From an uncultured delta proteobacterium (GTDB lineage: Bacteria; Myxococcota; Myxococcia; Myxococcales; Myxococcaceae): a stretch of 64,000 nucleotides of DNA. A program made the position numbers and the translations under genes. The stretch lies in assembly GCA_963771175.1 (NCBI GenBank), contig CAVYSY010000031.1, forward strand, positions 96,001 through 160,000. Reading direction: 5' to 3'. Numbering within the stretch: the stretch's first letter is position 1; each line of letters opens with the position of its first letter. The notes under the pieces are model-generated. The model was not told the DNA's origin, did not search any database, and saw only the letters and a program-made list of their open reading frames with translations. Shown here in pieces: positions 18,427 through 29,613 of the stretch.

Positions 18427-21360
18427 ATGTCGTTGCGGAGCCCCTGGCGCAGGCTGTCCTGGAGCATCACCTGTCTCACCCTGAGCCTGAGCCTGCTGGC
18501 CTTGGCGCGGGCCTGGAGCGCGAGCCCCCCCCCGGACAGTGGCCCGCCGTGGGTCGACGTCGTGGACGGAGACACCCAGGCCGGGGCCGTCTTCCCGAGC
18601 ATCATCACCCTCCCGGGCGGCTTCACACAGGAGGTGGTGGTCTCGAGCCTGCGGCTCCCAACGGCCTTCGTGAGCCTGCCGGATGGCCGGCTCTTCATCG
18701 CCCTGAAGGGCGGCGAGGTCCGGGTGTTCAAGAACGGCGCCGTCCTGCCCACGCCCCTCATCGACCTGAGCGCTCGGGTGAACGAGCATCAGGACCGGGG
18801 CCTGCTGGGCATTGCCGTCGATCCCGACTTCGCGACCAACGGCCATCTCTACCTCGCCTACACCTATGACGATGATGCGGTGGACGACACGGGCTCCAAG
18901 ACGGGACGCGTGTCCCGGTTCACGGTGGTGGGCGACACCGCCTCGCCGCAGAGCGAGGTCGTCCTGCTCGGCACGCGGGTGGGCAACTCGTGCTATGACT
19001 TTCCCGCCGGCTCGGACTGCATCCCCACGGACAGCGCCTCGCACACCGTGGGCCAGCTCAAGTTCGCGCCGGATGGCACGCTCTTCGTGACGCTGGGAGA
19101 CGGCGCCCGGTTCGACACGGTGGACGACGGTGCGTTGAGGGCGCAGGACCTCGACTCCCTGGGAGGCAAGGTGCTTCGCATCACGCGGAGCGGGCAGGGC
19201 CTGCCCACCAATCCCTTCTGGAATGGCAATGCCGCGTCCAACCGCTCGAAGGTGTGGAGCTACGGGCTGCGCAATCCCTACCGGTTCAACTTCCGCCCCG
19301 GCACCAGCACCGTCTACCTCGGAGACGTGGGCTTGAGTGCCTACGAGGAGATCGACGTCGCGACTGCGGGAGCGAACTTCGGCTGGCCCTGCTACGAGGG
19401 CCCCTCCCGCCAGAGCGGCTATGCGCCCAAGCCGATCTGCCAGGCGCTCTACAACCGCGGCGAGTCCGCCGTGAAGATGGCGCTGTACTACTGGGACCAC
19501 ACGGTCGGTCACGCGGCCACGGGCGGAGCCTTCTACACCGGGACGGCATATCCAGCGACTTGGCAGGGCGCCTACTTCTTCGGGGACTACAACGACAAGT
19601 GGCTCCGCGCCCTCCGGGTGGACGCGAACGACAACCTGGTGCCCGGCAGCGTGACGACCTTCGCGACCGCCGCGGGAAGCGTGGTGGATATCGAGATCGG
19701 GCCGGACACCAATTTGTATTACGTCGACATCTTCGCGGGGGAGCTGCGCCGCATCCGCTACACGGCGGGCAACAGTCCTCCGGTAGCGGTGGCCTCGGCG
19801 ACTCCGCGCGAGGGGCCCGTGCCGCTGAAGGTGCTGTTCTCCAGCGCGGGCAGCAGCGATCCGGATGGGGATGCACTTGCCTACACCTGGAACTTCGGGG
19901 ATGGCACCGCCATCTCCACGCTGGCCAACCCGGAGCATACGTACATGACGGCGGGCCGCTACACGGCCCGACTGACCGTGAGCGACGGGCGGGGGGGCAC
20001 GCACTCCGCCACCGTTCAGCTCTCCGTGGGCAACCGGGCCCCCGTCCCCACCATCGCCTCGCCCTCGAGCACCCTCCTGTTCAAGGTGGGCGATGTGGTG
20101 AGCTACTCGGGCTCCGCGAGTGACCCCGAGGATGGGCCCATCCCCGACAGCCAGCTTTCATGGACCATCACCCTGCACCACTGCTCGGCGGGGACATGCC
20201 ATGTCCATCCCTTCACCACGAGCACGGGGGCGAGTGGGTCCCTCACCATCGATGACCATGGGGACGAGGTCTACTTCGACATCACCCTCACGGCGACGGA
20301 CTCGGCGGGCCTGACGGGCACGCAGACGGTGACGATTCATCCGCAGACGGTCCAGTTCACGCTGCAGACGTCTCCCCCCGGACTGCAGGTCGTCCAGGAT
20401 GGGACGAGCGGAACAGCTCCGCTGACGCGCACGGTCATCGCCGGCTCCTCGCACGACGTCCACGCGCCCTCGCCCCAGGGGCTCTACACCTTCAAGGACT
20501 GGTCGGATGGTGGAGCCCAGCAGCACAAGGTCCGGGTCGGGACGACGGACGCCACGTATACGGCCACGTTCACCGAGTCCACCTCATCCTGTCCGCTGGG
20601 CCAGTACCGAGCGGAGTACTTCAACAACCGGGACCTGACGGGCACACCGGTACTGGTGCGCTGCGAGGCGGCTCCGTTCGCCTACAGCTGGGGGAGCAGC
20701 CCCGCCCCCGGGGTGAACGCGGACAACTTCTCGGTGCGCTGGTCGGGGCGCTTCTCCTTCACGGCAGGCACCTTCAACTTCATCGCCCGGGCGGATGATG
20801 GAGTCCGGGTGTCCGTGGATGGCACGCGCATCATCGATGCCTGGCGGAACCAGGGGGCTACGACGTATCAGGCCAACCGAACAATGACGGCCGGCGAGCA
20901 CGTGGTCGTCATGGAGTACTACGAAAACGCCATCGGCGCCGTGGCCTCGCTCCGGTGGGAAGCCATCTCCTGTCCGGAGGGACAGGTCCCCCTGGGCCTG
21001 TACCGGGCGGAGTACTTCAACAACCGGACCCTGAGTGGCACACCCGTGCTGGTGCGCTGCGAGCTGGCTCCGCTCGACAACAACTGGAGAGCGGGCAATC
21101 CCGCCATCGGCGTGAACGCGGACAACTTCTCGGTGCGCTGGTCGGGGCGCTTCAACTTCGCGGCGGGCACCTACACCTTCGTCGCCCGGGCGGATGATGG
21201 AGTCCGGGTGTACGTGGATGGCACGCGCATCATCGATGCCTGGCGGGACCAGGGGGCCACGACCTACCAGGCCCCCTTGACCCTGCCGGCCGGCGAGCAC
21301 GTGGTCGTCATGGAGTATTACGAGAACGCGGTCGACGCGGTGGCCTCGCTCCGGTGGTAG
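18427..21360 (+). CDS. secreted PQQ-dependent sugar dehydrogenase-like + PKD + two PA14 domains (copy 2, tandem paralog)
   Basis: Same 977-aa length and near-identical sequence to 15270-18203, including about 110 bp of upstream DNA. Confidence 0.9.
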   Translation: MSLRSPWRRLSWSITCLTLSLSLLALARAWSASPPPDSGPPWVDVVDGDTQAGAVFPSIITLPGGFTQEVVVSSLRLPTAFVSLPDGRLFIALKGGEVRVFKNGAVLPTPLIDLSARVNEHQDRGLLGIAVDPDFATNGHLYLAYTYDDDAVDDTGSKTGRVSRFTVVGDTASPQSEVVLLGTRVGNSCYDFPAGSDCIPTDSASHTVGQLKFAPDGTLFVTLGDGARFDTVDDGALRAQDLDSLGGKVLRITRSGQGLPTNPFWNGNAASNRSKVWSYGLRNPYRFNFRPGTSTVYLGDVGLSAYEEIDVATAGANFGWPCYEGPSRQSGYAPKPICQALYNRGESAVKMALYYWDHTVGHAATGGAFYTGTAYPATWQGAYFFGDYNDKWLRALRVDANDNLVPGSVTTFATAAGSVVDIEIGPDTNLYYVDIFAGELRRIRYTAGNSPPVAVASATPREGPVPLKVLFSSAGSSDPDGDALAYTWNFGDGTAISTLANPEHTYMTAGRYTARLTVSDGRGGTHSATVQLSVGNRAPVPTIASPSSTLLFKVGDVVSYSGSASDPEDGPIPDSQLSWTITLHHCSAGTCHVHPFTTSTGASGSLTIDDHGDEVYFDITLTATDSAGLTGTQTVTIHPQTVQFTLQTSPPGLQVVQDGTSGTAPLTRTVIAGSSHDVHAPSPQGLYTFKDWSDGGAQQHKVRVGTTDATYTATFTESTSSCPLGQYRAEYFNNRDLTGTPVLVRCEAAPFAYSWGSSPAPGVNADNFSVRWSGRFSFTAGTFNFIARADDGVRVSVDGTRIIDAWRNQGATTYQANRTMTAGEHVVVMEYYENAIGAVASLRWEAISCPEGQVPLGLYRAEYFNNRTLSGTPVLVRCELAPLDNNWRAGNPAIGVNADNFSVRWSGRFNFAAGTYTFVARADDGVRVYVDGTRIIDAWRDQGATTYQAPLTLPAGEHVVVMEYYENAVDAVASLRW

Positions 21361-21385
21361 CTCCGTCGGGGTCCTCTCGGCGGAG

Positions 21386-22114
21386 TCAGTGCGCCCCGGC
21401 GGCCTTGAGGCCCGCCCCCGGGAGCGCACCCGTCACCATCTTCCCGTCCTGGATGTCCAGCGCCCGCCGCGCGTGCGCCACCACCCGCGGGTCGTGCGTG
21501 GAGAAGAGGAACGTCACCCCCTTCTCCCGGTTCAGCTTCAGCATCAGGTCGAGAATCTGCTCGCTCGTCGTCGAGTCCAGGTTCGCCGTGGGCTCGTCCG
21601 CCAGCACCAGCCGGGGCTCCGTAATCAGCGCCCGCGCGATGGCCACGCGCTGCCGCTGGCCGCCCGAGAGCTCGTCCGGCTTGTGGTGCAGGAACGGCTT
21701 GAGGCCCACCGCGTCCGCCAGGGCCTCGACGCGCTGGCGCAGGGCCGCCTTGCCCTCGGCGTCCTTGCGCACCATGCAGGGGAACTCGATGTTCTCCGCC
21801 ACGTTCAGCACGGGGATGAGGTTGAAGCTCTGGAAGATGAAGCCGATCTTCCGGTTGCGCACGTCGGCCAGCTCATCGAAGTCCCGGTCCCCCACCTCCT
21901 CGCCGTCCAGCTTGTAGGAGCCGCTCGTCGCCCGGTCCAGGCACCCGATGATGTTGAGCAGCGTCGTCTTGCCGCTGCCCGAGGGGCCCGTCACCACGGT
22001 GAACTCGCCGGCGGAGACCTCCAGGTCCACGCCGCGCAGCGCGCTCACCTTCGTCTTGCCCAGGAGGTAGTCCTTGGTGATGGCCTTCAGCTCGAGGAGG
22101 TTTTGCGAGGGCAT
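21386..22114 (-). CDS. ABC transporter ATP-binding protein (LolD/MacB-like)
   Basis: GPSGSGKT, LSGGQRQRVAIARAL, LADEPTANLD, STHD. Confidence 0.95.
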   Translation of the reverse strand: MPSQNLLELKAITKDYLLGKTKVSALRGVDLEVSAGEFTVVTGPSGSGKTTLLNIIGCLDRATSGSYKLDGEEVGDRDFDELADVRNRKIGFIFQSFNLIPVLNVAENIEFPCMVRKDAEGKAALRQRVEALADAVGLKPFLHHKPDELSGGQRQRVAIARALITEPRLVLADEPTANLDSTTSEQILDLMLKLNREKGVTFLFSTHDPRVVAHARRALDIQDGKMVTGALPGAGLKAAGAH

Positions 22115-22126
22115 GGGGTACGTCCT

Positions 22127-23552
22127 TCAGTAGAAGAGGCGGACCTGGAACAGGCCGCGATATTCGAGGGGCAGCAGGCTGAACTCGCTCACCTGGGTGT
22201 CGGACTCGGGCACGGTGGCCGCGAGCGACGCCGGGCCCTGCCACGGCACGAAACCCGAGAGCGCGAGCGTCATCCACTCGGTGGCCGACCAGGAGAGGCT
22301 CGGGGTGATGAGGCCCGACAGGTCCTGCAGGTTCGCCATCACCACCACGTTGAAGGTGAAGTCGTCGCGAATCTTCGGCTTCTGGTAGCTGAGGAAGGCG
22401 TAGTGCCGGCCGAGCGGCTCGAAGTTGAACTTCTGTGGCAGCCCCGCGTCCGCGCTCCCGCTCGGGTTCACCAGCACGGGGTCCACCCCGAAGTCGCGCG
22501 CCACCCGCAGCAGGGCGAGCCCGTTGACCTGGTGCTGGAGCTGGTCCCGCGTCAGCCCGTCCGACTGGTAGAGGTACTCCACCGAGAGGAGCGACTCGTC
22601 GCCGAACATGTAGCGGGTGCCGGCCAGGATGCGGGGACGGAGCGTCTTCTCCTCCAGGCGCTCCGTGGCGAAGAAGGGCTCGCGCCGCAGCGCGCACCCC
22701 AGCGCCGAGACCCGGTCCTCCAGGCACTCGCCCACCGGGTAGCGCCGCGCCGAGCCGAAGCCCACCAGTGCCCTCCACGTGCAGCTCGTAGTCCGTGAAG
22801 AAGTAGCGCGAGAAGGAGAAGCCCAGCCGCGTCTTGTCCTGGAAGGCGTCGCCGTACAGGTTGGACTGGAAGAGCATCAGGTTGACGTCCGCGTCCGCCA
22901 CCAGCGCGTAGGCGCGCGCGGCCACCAGGTAGTGCAGCTCGTCATCCTTCTGGTCCCACCCGGGGTAGACGAGCAGCGCCTGGGGCAGCCCGCTCTGCTG
23001 CTTGAGCACCGCGGGGCTCGCCAGCAGCGTGAAGGCGTACTTCTCCAGCGGCACCTCCACCCGCACCATGTACGCCCCGGCCCGCTGGAAGTTCGGGTCC
23101 GTGGGGTCCTTCGGCGGGTTGATGAGGTCCGTCGGGTTGTACGCCATGCCCGAGCCCCAGATGACCCGCTTCTTCCCCGCCAGCAGGTGGAGCTGCGGCA
23201 CCACCTCGTGGCTCACGTACAGCTCGTTGAGCGACACCAGCGGCCGCGCGGCGCTGGACTCCTGCTCCGAAACGGACACCTCATTGCCGTCCGCGTCCAG
23301 GCCCCGGTAGCGCCCCGCGGCCTGCAGGAAGAGCGACAGGTCCGCCATGATGAAGCCTCCCGGACGGTACTCCTGCCGGGGCTGCACGTTCAGCTCCAGG
23401 AGCTGCTGCACCTCCGGCTGGCTGTCCGTCGGCAGGAGGCCCGTGACGCGCGAGCGCTGGAACTGCGTGCGGCTCTCGACGTAGCCCGTCACCTCGGCGG
23501 CGAGCGCCGGGGCGGTGGTCAGCACCAGGAGGGAGGCGAGGAGGTTGCGCAT
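22127..23552 (-). CDS. putative outer-membrane beta-barrel protein; frameshift near 22765
   Basis: Signal peptide MRNLLASLLVLTTAPALA, LNELYV, GKKRVIWGSG, NPTD; continues in ORF 22127-22765 ending LFQVRLFY (barrel-type C-terminus). Confidence 0.7.
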
Positions 23553-23563
23553 GGTGGGATGGC

Positions 23564-24296
23564 TCAGCGGCCCAGGTCCGCCTGCGAGAAGCGCTGGGCC
23601 GGCGCATCCACGTTCAGCTTCATCGACTTCAGCACCAGCTCCGAGCGACGCGCCTTCACCAGCTCGTTGCGCATCACCACCTTGGCCGGCCGCGAGTAGC
23701 CCTTTTCGAACTCGGTGAACGTCGGTGAACTCGGCGCTGCGCAGCATCTGCCCGCTCGTGCCGAAGTACTCGCCCTTCACCGGCATGCCGTCCTTCTTGC
23801 GCAGCCACAGCTTGATGGCGTCGTACGCCGTGTCCGGGCTCTTCGCCTTCAGCTCCAGCGCGTACGTGTCCGGCACGTCCGAGGGCACCAGCTTGCCCGC
23901 GTAGTCCTTCGCGTAGTTCACCCGCATCACGTCCGCGTTGTTGAAGTCGCCGCCCTGGAAGCTGTCGCGGTTGGCGATGCGCGTGGCCCGCTTGAGGTTG
24001 GGCAGGTACACCCACAGGTTGTCGCCCGAGCGCAGCATCTCCTGCCCCTTCACGCTCGCCGGCCCCTTGAACCAGACGCGGAACTTGTCGTCCTCGCCGC
24101 GCAGCATCTTCATCACGTAGGTCCGGCTGCTGCCGTCCTCGCGGTACGCCGTCATCTCCGACTCGGTCTCGAAGGTACTCGGACCCATCACCGCGTCGTA
24201 CTTCGCCAGCAACTCCTCCGCGGTGGGCTCCGCGGCCAGCGCCGGGGCCGCCGCCAGCAGCGTCATCAGGGCGAGGGTGAAGGCTCTCATCTGCAA
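23564..24296 (-). CDS. outer-membrane lipoprotein-sorting (LolA-like) protein; frameshift near 23715-23730
   Basis: Signal peptide; LWVYLPNLKRATRI, SFQGGDFNNAD; a local tcggtgaac duplication shifts the frame; true end reads FSQADLGR-stop. Confidence 0.75.
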
Positions 24297-24326
24297 GCTC
24301 CTAGGAAAGGAAAGAGGGAACGGGAT

Positions 24327-25609
24327 TCACACCGAGCGCAGCGCATCCACCGGGTTCAGCCGGCTGGCCCGCCAGGCCGGCCAGGCCGCCGCCCCCAGCG
24401 CGCCCACCACCGCCACCACCAGCGTGAGGACGACGAAGGAGGGGCTCAGCTCGGGGCGCAGCACGGAGTGGGAGCCGCTGTTGACCACCATCGACATGGG
24501 GATGCCCCGCGCCGCGATGGCTCGCACGATGGTGCTCCCCAGCACCACGCCGCCCACTCCGCCCAGCAGCCCGAGCACCGTCGCCTCCACCAGGAAGATC
24601 GTCAGCACCTGCCGCCGGCGCATTCCCACCGCGAGCATGGTGCCGATCTCCCGCACCCGCTCGAACACGCTCATCAGCATGGTGTTGACGATGCCGGTGA
24701 GGATGATGACGAAGAGGATGACGGAGATCAGCCCCAGTCACGAAGCGCTGCCGGCTGATGATGTCGCGCACGAAGGGCTGCAGCTCCTGCCAGGTGTGCA
24801 CCTCGTACTGAGGGCCGAGCTCCTCGCGCAGGTCCGCCGCGATGCGCTCCAGGTTGCGCAGGTCATCCACCGCCACCGCGAGCTCGGTGACCCGGCCCTC
24901 CAGGCCCAGCAGCTCCTGCGCCAGCTTCAGCGGCACCGTCAGCACCCGCTTGTTCTCGAAGGGGAGGCTGGACACGCTCAGCCCCTCCACGGACACGTCC
25001 ATCGAGTTGGCGCGGCCCTTGGGGCTGGACGAGGCGAGCGTCACCCGGTCCACCAGGGCCTCGGCGCCCGACTGCTTCGCGGCCACCGCCTTCGCCTTCT
25101 CCGCCGGTGTCACCGCATGGAAGGACTGAGCCAGCTCGTTGCCGATGATGCACCTGCGCGTGGTCCCCCGCCCCGAGCGCCCGCCCTCCGGGCAGCACGT
25201 CGAAGCCGGCGCGGGGCACGGCCTGCTTCTCCGTGACCATGTCCAGCCCGCGGCCCACGAACATCGTCTGGGACACGCCGTTGCTCACCAGCCCCGAGAA
25301 CTGGATGCGGCCGGTGACGCCCGTGACGCCGGGCACGGCGCGGATGCGGGCCAGCAGGGCTTCGTCATAGGGGATGTTCGGCTCCAGCGGCAGCGCGTCG
25401 ATGCTGTCCATGTAGCCGGCGGTGTGCACCTGCAGGGCGCCCGTCTGCCCCTGGACGATGTCGTCCACCATCAGACGGATGAAGCCGTCGATGAAGCCGC
25501 GCAGCACGAGCACGGCGGTGACCCCGAGGAGGACGGCGGCCAGGGTGACGAGGCTGCGGCGACGGTTGCGCGCCACGTTGCGCGCGGCGATCGAGGAGAG
25601 CGAGCTCAT
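24327..25609 (-). CDS. ABC transporter permease (FtsX/LolE-like); frameshifts near 25150 and 24755
   Basis: IAARNVARNRRRSLVT start, YEVHTWQEL, ERVREIGTMLAVG and PAWRASRLNPVDAL spread over three frames. Confidence 0.85.
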
Positions 25610-26874
25610 GAGTGGGCCAGGGCCTCCACCGGACGGAGCTGGGCGGCACGGTACGCGGGCCACAGGGCGGCGAGCGCCGCGCCCACCGTGGCCATGCCCA
25701 CCGTGCGCACGAGGTACACCGCGGAGACATGGGGACGGATGATGCTGTCCGCCGACGCGCCGGGCGCCGGCAGGTGGATGCCGCGCTGGCCGAGCCACAG
25801 CGTCACCGCCCACCCCACCAGCGCCCCGAGATGCCGCCCACCAGCCCCAGCACCGCCCCCTCCAGGAGGAAGAGCGACACCACCTGCCGCCGGCGCGTGC
25901 CCACCGCGAGCATGGTGCCAATCTCGCGCACCCGCTCCAGCACGTTCATCAGCATCACGTTGACGATGCCCAGCAGCACCGCCACCAGGAACACCGACGT
26001 CATGATGCCGAAGATGAAGTCCTGGTGCCGTGACGAGCTGCGCGACGAAGGGCAGCACCTCGTCCCAGGTGTGCACCTCGTACTCGGGCCCGAGCGTGGA
26101 CCGCACCGCGTCGCGCACCCGGGGAGCGTCCTCCATCTCCGGCACCGCCAGGGCGTACTCGGTGACGCGGCCCTCCATCCGCAGCAGGCGCTGCGCGGTG
26201 CCCAGCGGCACGTAGCCCAGCCGCCGGTCTCCCGGCGTGGCGCTCACCAGCGTGCCGGCGACGCGCACGGCCTCGCCATTGAGGGCCCCATCCCGGTCTC
26301 CCGAGAGCAGCGCGGGCCAGCGCTCCGAGGGAACCTCCGTGCCCGTCACCTCCGCGCGCAGGCTCTTCGCCATGTCCGCGTTGAGGAGCAGTTCCGGCGC
26401 GTCCACGGTGGACAGGTGCGAGCCCTTGCCCAGCCATGTCGTACGCTGGGGCGTCACCTTCGGCTCCAGCGCGGGGTCGAAGGCGGTGAGCTGCAGGAAG
26501 CCCGTCTTGCCGGCGCCCTCGTCTCCCGTGGCGCCCTCCTCGTCCGGCAGGGAGATCATCCCGCCGAAGGCGATGCGCGGCGACACGGCGACGACGCCCT
26601 CCACCGAGGCGATGCGTCGGCGCAGCTCCTCCGAGTCCGCCATGTCCAGCGTCAGCGGCGAGCCCTGCACGTTGGCCAGGTAGCCCGCCTTGTGCACCTG
26701 CACCGCGCCAACCTGGCCGTAGACGAGGTTCTCCAGGATGACGCGCTGCTGGCCGTTGATGAAGCCGCGCAGCCCCACCATGGCGCCCACGCCCACCACC
26801 AGCGCGACGAGCGAGATGGCGGTGCGGCGCCGGTTGCGCAGCAGGTTGCGCGTGGCGAGCGAGAGGAGCATCAC
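25606..26874 (-). CDS. ABC transporter permease (FtsX/LolE-like); compensating frameshifts at about 26030 and 25830
   Basis: RNLLRNRRRT start and PAYRAAQLRPVEAL end; ERVREIGTMLAVG lies in the alternative frame 25803-26003. Confidence 0.85.
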   Translation of the reverse strand: MMLLSLATRNLLRNRRRTAISLVALVVGVGAMVGLRGFINGQQRVILENLVYGQVGAVQVHKAGYLANVQGSPLTLDMADSEELRRRIASVEGVVAVSPRIAFGGMISLPDEEGATGDEGAGKTGFLQLTAFDPALEPKVTPQRTTWLGKGSHLSTVDAPELLLNADMAKSLRAEVTGTEVPSERWPALLSGDRDGALNGEAVRVAGTLVSATPGDRRLGYVPLGTAQRLLRMEGRVTEYALAVPEMEDAPRVRDAVRSTLGPEYEVHTWDEVLPFVAQLVTAPGLHLRHHDVGVPGGGAAGHRQRDADERAGAGARDWHHARGGHAPAAGGVALPPGGGGAGAGGRHLGALVGWAVTLWLGQRGIHLPAPGASADSIIRPHVSAVYLVRTVGMATVGAALAALWPAYRAAQLRPVEALAHS

Positions 26875-27527
26875 GAGCGCCTCCGGGAAACGGACTTCAC
26901 TGGCATGGCTTCAACCGCCTTCACGGATTCACAGAAATGGTGCACGTGCGCGTCCACCCGTTCGAGCAGGCGCTCCAGGTCCGGAGAGCCCTCGGCCAGC
27001 ACCAGGAGCATCACGCGCATCATCAGCATCGGCCCCATGAACTCAATGGCGTACAGCTCCGGGTCTCCGGGCCGGATGATGCCCCTGCGGGCCAGCTCCG
27101 CGAAGAGCCGGCCCAGGCGGCCCCGGCCCGCCACGATGGAGGCCTGGACGATGCCCGCCTCCTTCAACCTCGGACCCTCGGCCATCATCAGGCGCATGAA
27201 CTTCTGCTCGCGCGGGGTCGCCCAGTCCTCGAACATGAAGTGGGCGATGAAGCGCAGCAGCGGCTCGGGGCCGTCGACCAGCACCGCGTCCAGGTCCAGC
27301 CCGTCGAGCCGCTCGGCCTTGCCCGGCCCCATCTCCCGGAGCAGCGCCTCGAAGATGGCCGCCTTCGAGGGAAAGTGGTGGTAGAGCGCGCTCTCGCGCA
27401 CCCCCACGGCCCTCGCGATCCCCCGCATGGACGTGCCCGCGAAGCCCCCTTCCGAGAACAGGTCCAGCGCCGCATCCAGAATCAGGCGGCGCGTGTCCCG
27501 GGCTTCCTCTTTCGTCGGCCTCGCCAT
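26871..27527 (-). CDS. TetR/AcrR family transcriptional regulator
   Basis: ILDAALDLFSEGGFAGTSMRGIARAVGVRESALYHHFPSK HTH. Confidence 0.95.
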   Translation of the reverse strand: MARPTKEEARDTRRLILDAALDLFSEGGFAGTSMRGIARAVGVRESALYHHFPSKAAIFEALLREMGPGKAERLDGLDLDAVLVDGPEPLLRFIAHFMFEDWATPREQKFMRLMMAEGPRLKEAGIVQASIVAGRGRLGRLFAELARRGIIRPGDPELYAIEFMGPMLMMRVMLLVLAEGSPDLERLLERVDAHVHHFCESVKAVEAMPVKSVSRRRS

Positions 27528-27538
27528 GCGTGCGCACT

Positions 27539-27562
27539 TATTTAACGAACGTTCATTAAATA
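27539..27562. promoter_or_regulatory. putative TetR operator (24-bp palindrome)
   Basis: TATTTAACGAAC-GTTCATTAAATA, one mismatch, AT-rich, 11 bp upstream of the tetR start codon. Confidence 0.75.
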
Positions 27563-27742
27563 GACAAGCCCGGTGCGGTGTAGATGGAAAAGCCGCACGG
27601 AGAAGACATGAAACCAGCTCCCGCGCCCACACCCACACGGGGCTGTCCACACGGGCAAAGCCTGTAGCGGCATGGAGCATCCTGTCCGCCCGAGCGCGGA
27701 CCGTTCTGCTACCCTGCCGAGCGAGTTTCACGCCCCCCCCCT

Positions 27743-29546
27743 GTGTCCATGTCCGTGCTCGACGCCACCGCCACCGCCATCAGCCGCACCCACTCGCCGG
27801 ATCTCATCCCCGGTTATCGCCTGGAGAAGCTCGTCGGGACCGGCGGCATGGGCGAGGTGCACAAGGCCACCCAGCTCTCGCTGGGCCGCACGGTGGCCAT
27901 CAAGCTGCTCAGCCCGCAGCTCGCCACGGACGAGAGCTTCGTCGCCCGCTTCCAGAAGGAGGCCGCGGCGCTCGCCACCCTCCACCACCCGAACATCGTC
28001 TCCATCGTCGACAAGGGGAGCACGCAGACGACGTACTACCTGGTGATGGAGTTCGTCGACGGGCCGTCCCTGCGCGAGCGGATGCGCGCGCCCCACCAGG
28101 ACCCGCTCGAGACGCTGCGGACGATGTTGGAGATCTGCCGGGCCATCGAGTACGCGCACCACCGCGGCGTCATCCACCGGGATCTCAAGCCGGAGAACAT
28201 CCTGTTCGACGAGCAGGCCGGCGGCATCCCCAAGGTGACGGACTTCGGGCTGGCCTCCTTCCTCGACGACACCAGCTCCCGCTTCGCCCTCACCAGCTCC
28301 CATGTGGCCATGGGAACGCTGTCCTATATGGCGCCCGAGCAGCGGGTGGACGCCAAGAGCGCGGACGGGCGCGCGGACATCTTCGCGCTCGGCCTCATCT
28401 TCTACGAGATGCTCGTGGGCGAGCTGCCCGCGGGCAGCTACGATCCGCCCTCGCGCCGCAAGCAGGGAATCGACCCGAGGCTGGACGGCATCATCGCGCG
28501 CTGCCTCCGGCAGGCCCCGTCGGACCGCTACGAGAGCGTCTCCAAGCTGATCTCGGACCTGGAGCCGCTCGTCCCCAACCTCACCACCGTGAGGCCGGGG
28601 AAGCTCAGCCGGATGCAGCGCCTGAAGCTGTGGGTGATGCGCGTGGTGCGCACCATCCTCCAGACGGTGGCCACGCTGCTGGTGCTGGCCGCGATGGCCG
28701 TGCTGACCAGTGGAGTGGCTGCGCACCACGGAGCGGCGCGTCCAGATGTCACCGGGAGAGGCCCTCACCGCCGACCTCGGACCGCCCTCGGCGAAGCCCT
28801 TGTCCGGGCGGGTGAGCACCGGCGGCACCGTGCGCACCGTGACCATGGGGGACGGACCGGATCCCATCTCGCTGCTGGTGTCCGGCCGGCCCATCGATCC
28901 TTCGAGCAAGGGCGTCTTCTTCCCGCCCGTGGAGGGCCAGTCGCGCGTGGGGCTCGCGAAGGTGGACGTCACGAGCCTGGAGGGCAACACCGCCCGATTG
29001 AGCGCGAAGGTGACCGCCGATGGTCCCGAGTTCACGCTCGAGGAGCAGGCCCGCGCCATGGTCTACGGTCCCCCGCCGGACCCCGAGGGCGCGCTGCTGC
29101 TGCTGGGCAGCACGGGGCGGTACGTCATCCTGGTCCACAACGGGGTCGGAGAGCCACTCCGGCTGGAGTGGGCCCTGGGCGAGCGGCGGGGCACCATGCT
29201 GGGACAGCACGCCCCCAAGAGCGCCGTTGATCTCGAGCTGGAGGTGAATGAGGAGGGCGTGCTGACGGCCTCCATCGGCCGTGGCCCGGACAAGCGGACG
29301 ATCGCCGAGCCGCTCCATCTGGGCGAGGACTGGCGGGCGCTCTTCGACACCAAGATGCCCAAGGCTGCCTTCGGCTGCATCGAGGGCTCCTGCCGTGCCG
29401 AGAGCCTCACCTTCCAGGTGAAACGTGTGACTCCTCCACAGACTCCCTCGGGAGCGCCCGTGGCGGCCGTGCGAGAGCAGACGCCTGCCCCCAAGGCCGT
29501 TGCCCCGAAGGCGCCCGCTCCATCCAAGGGCAAACGTTCGAAGTAG
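27743..29546 (+). CDS. membrane Ser/Thr protein kinase; frameshift near 28709
   Basis: GTGGMGEV, VAIK, HRDLKPEN, DFG, YMAPEQ; TM helix, then the extracytoplasmic part continues in ORF 28710-29546. Confidence 0.9.
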
Positions 29547-29613
29547 CGAGGGCTCGTCTCCCGCAACCGGATGTAGCCTGACAGGAGGGATTGAATTATC
29601 CCTGTGCGCTCCT

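Noticed and set aside
23700..23735. Programmed frameshift or phase variation at the tcggtgaac duplication
   Set aside because: No slippery heptamer or long simple repeat, and neighbouring genes show the same sporadic indels; most likely error.
21873..24296. 807-aa fusion of the LolA-like protein and the barrel protein
   Set aside because: Produced by frameshifts near 23720 and 22765; the second gene has its own ATG and signal peptide at 23552.
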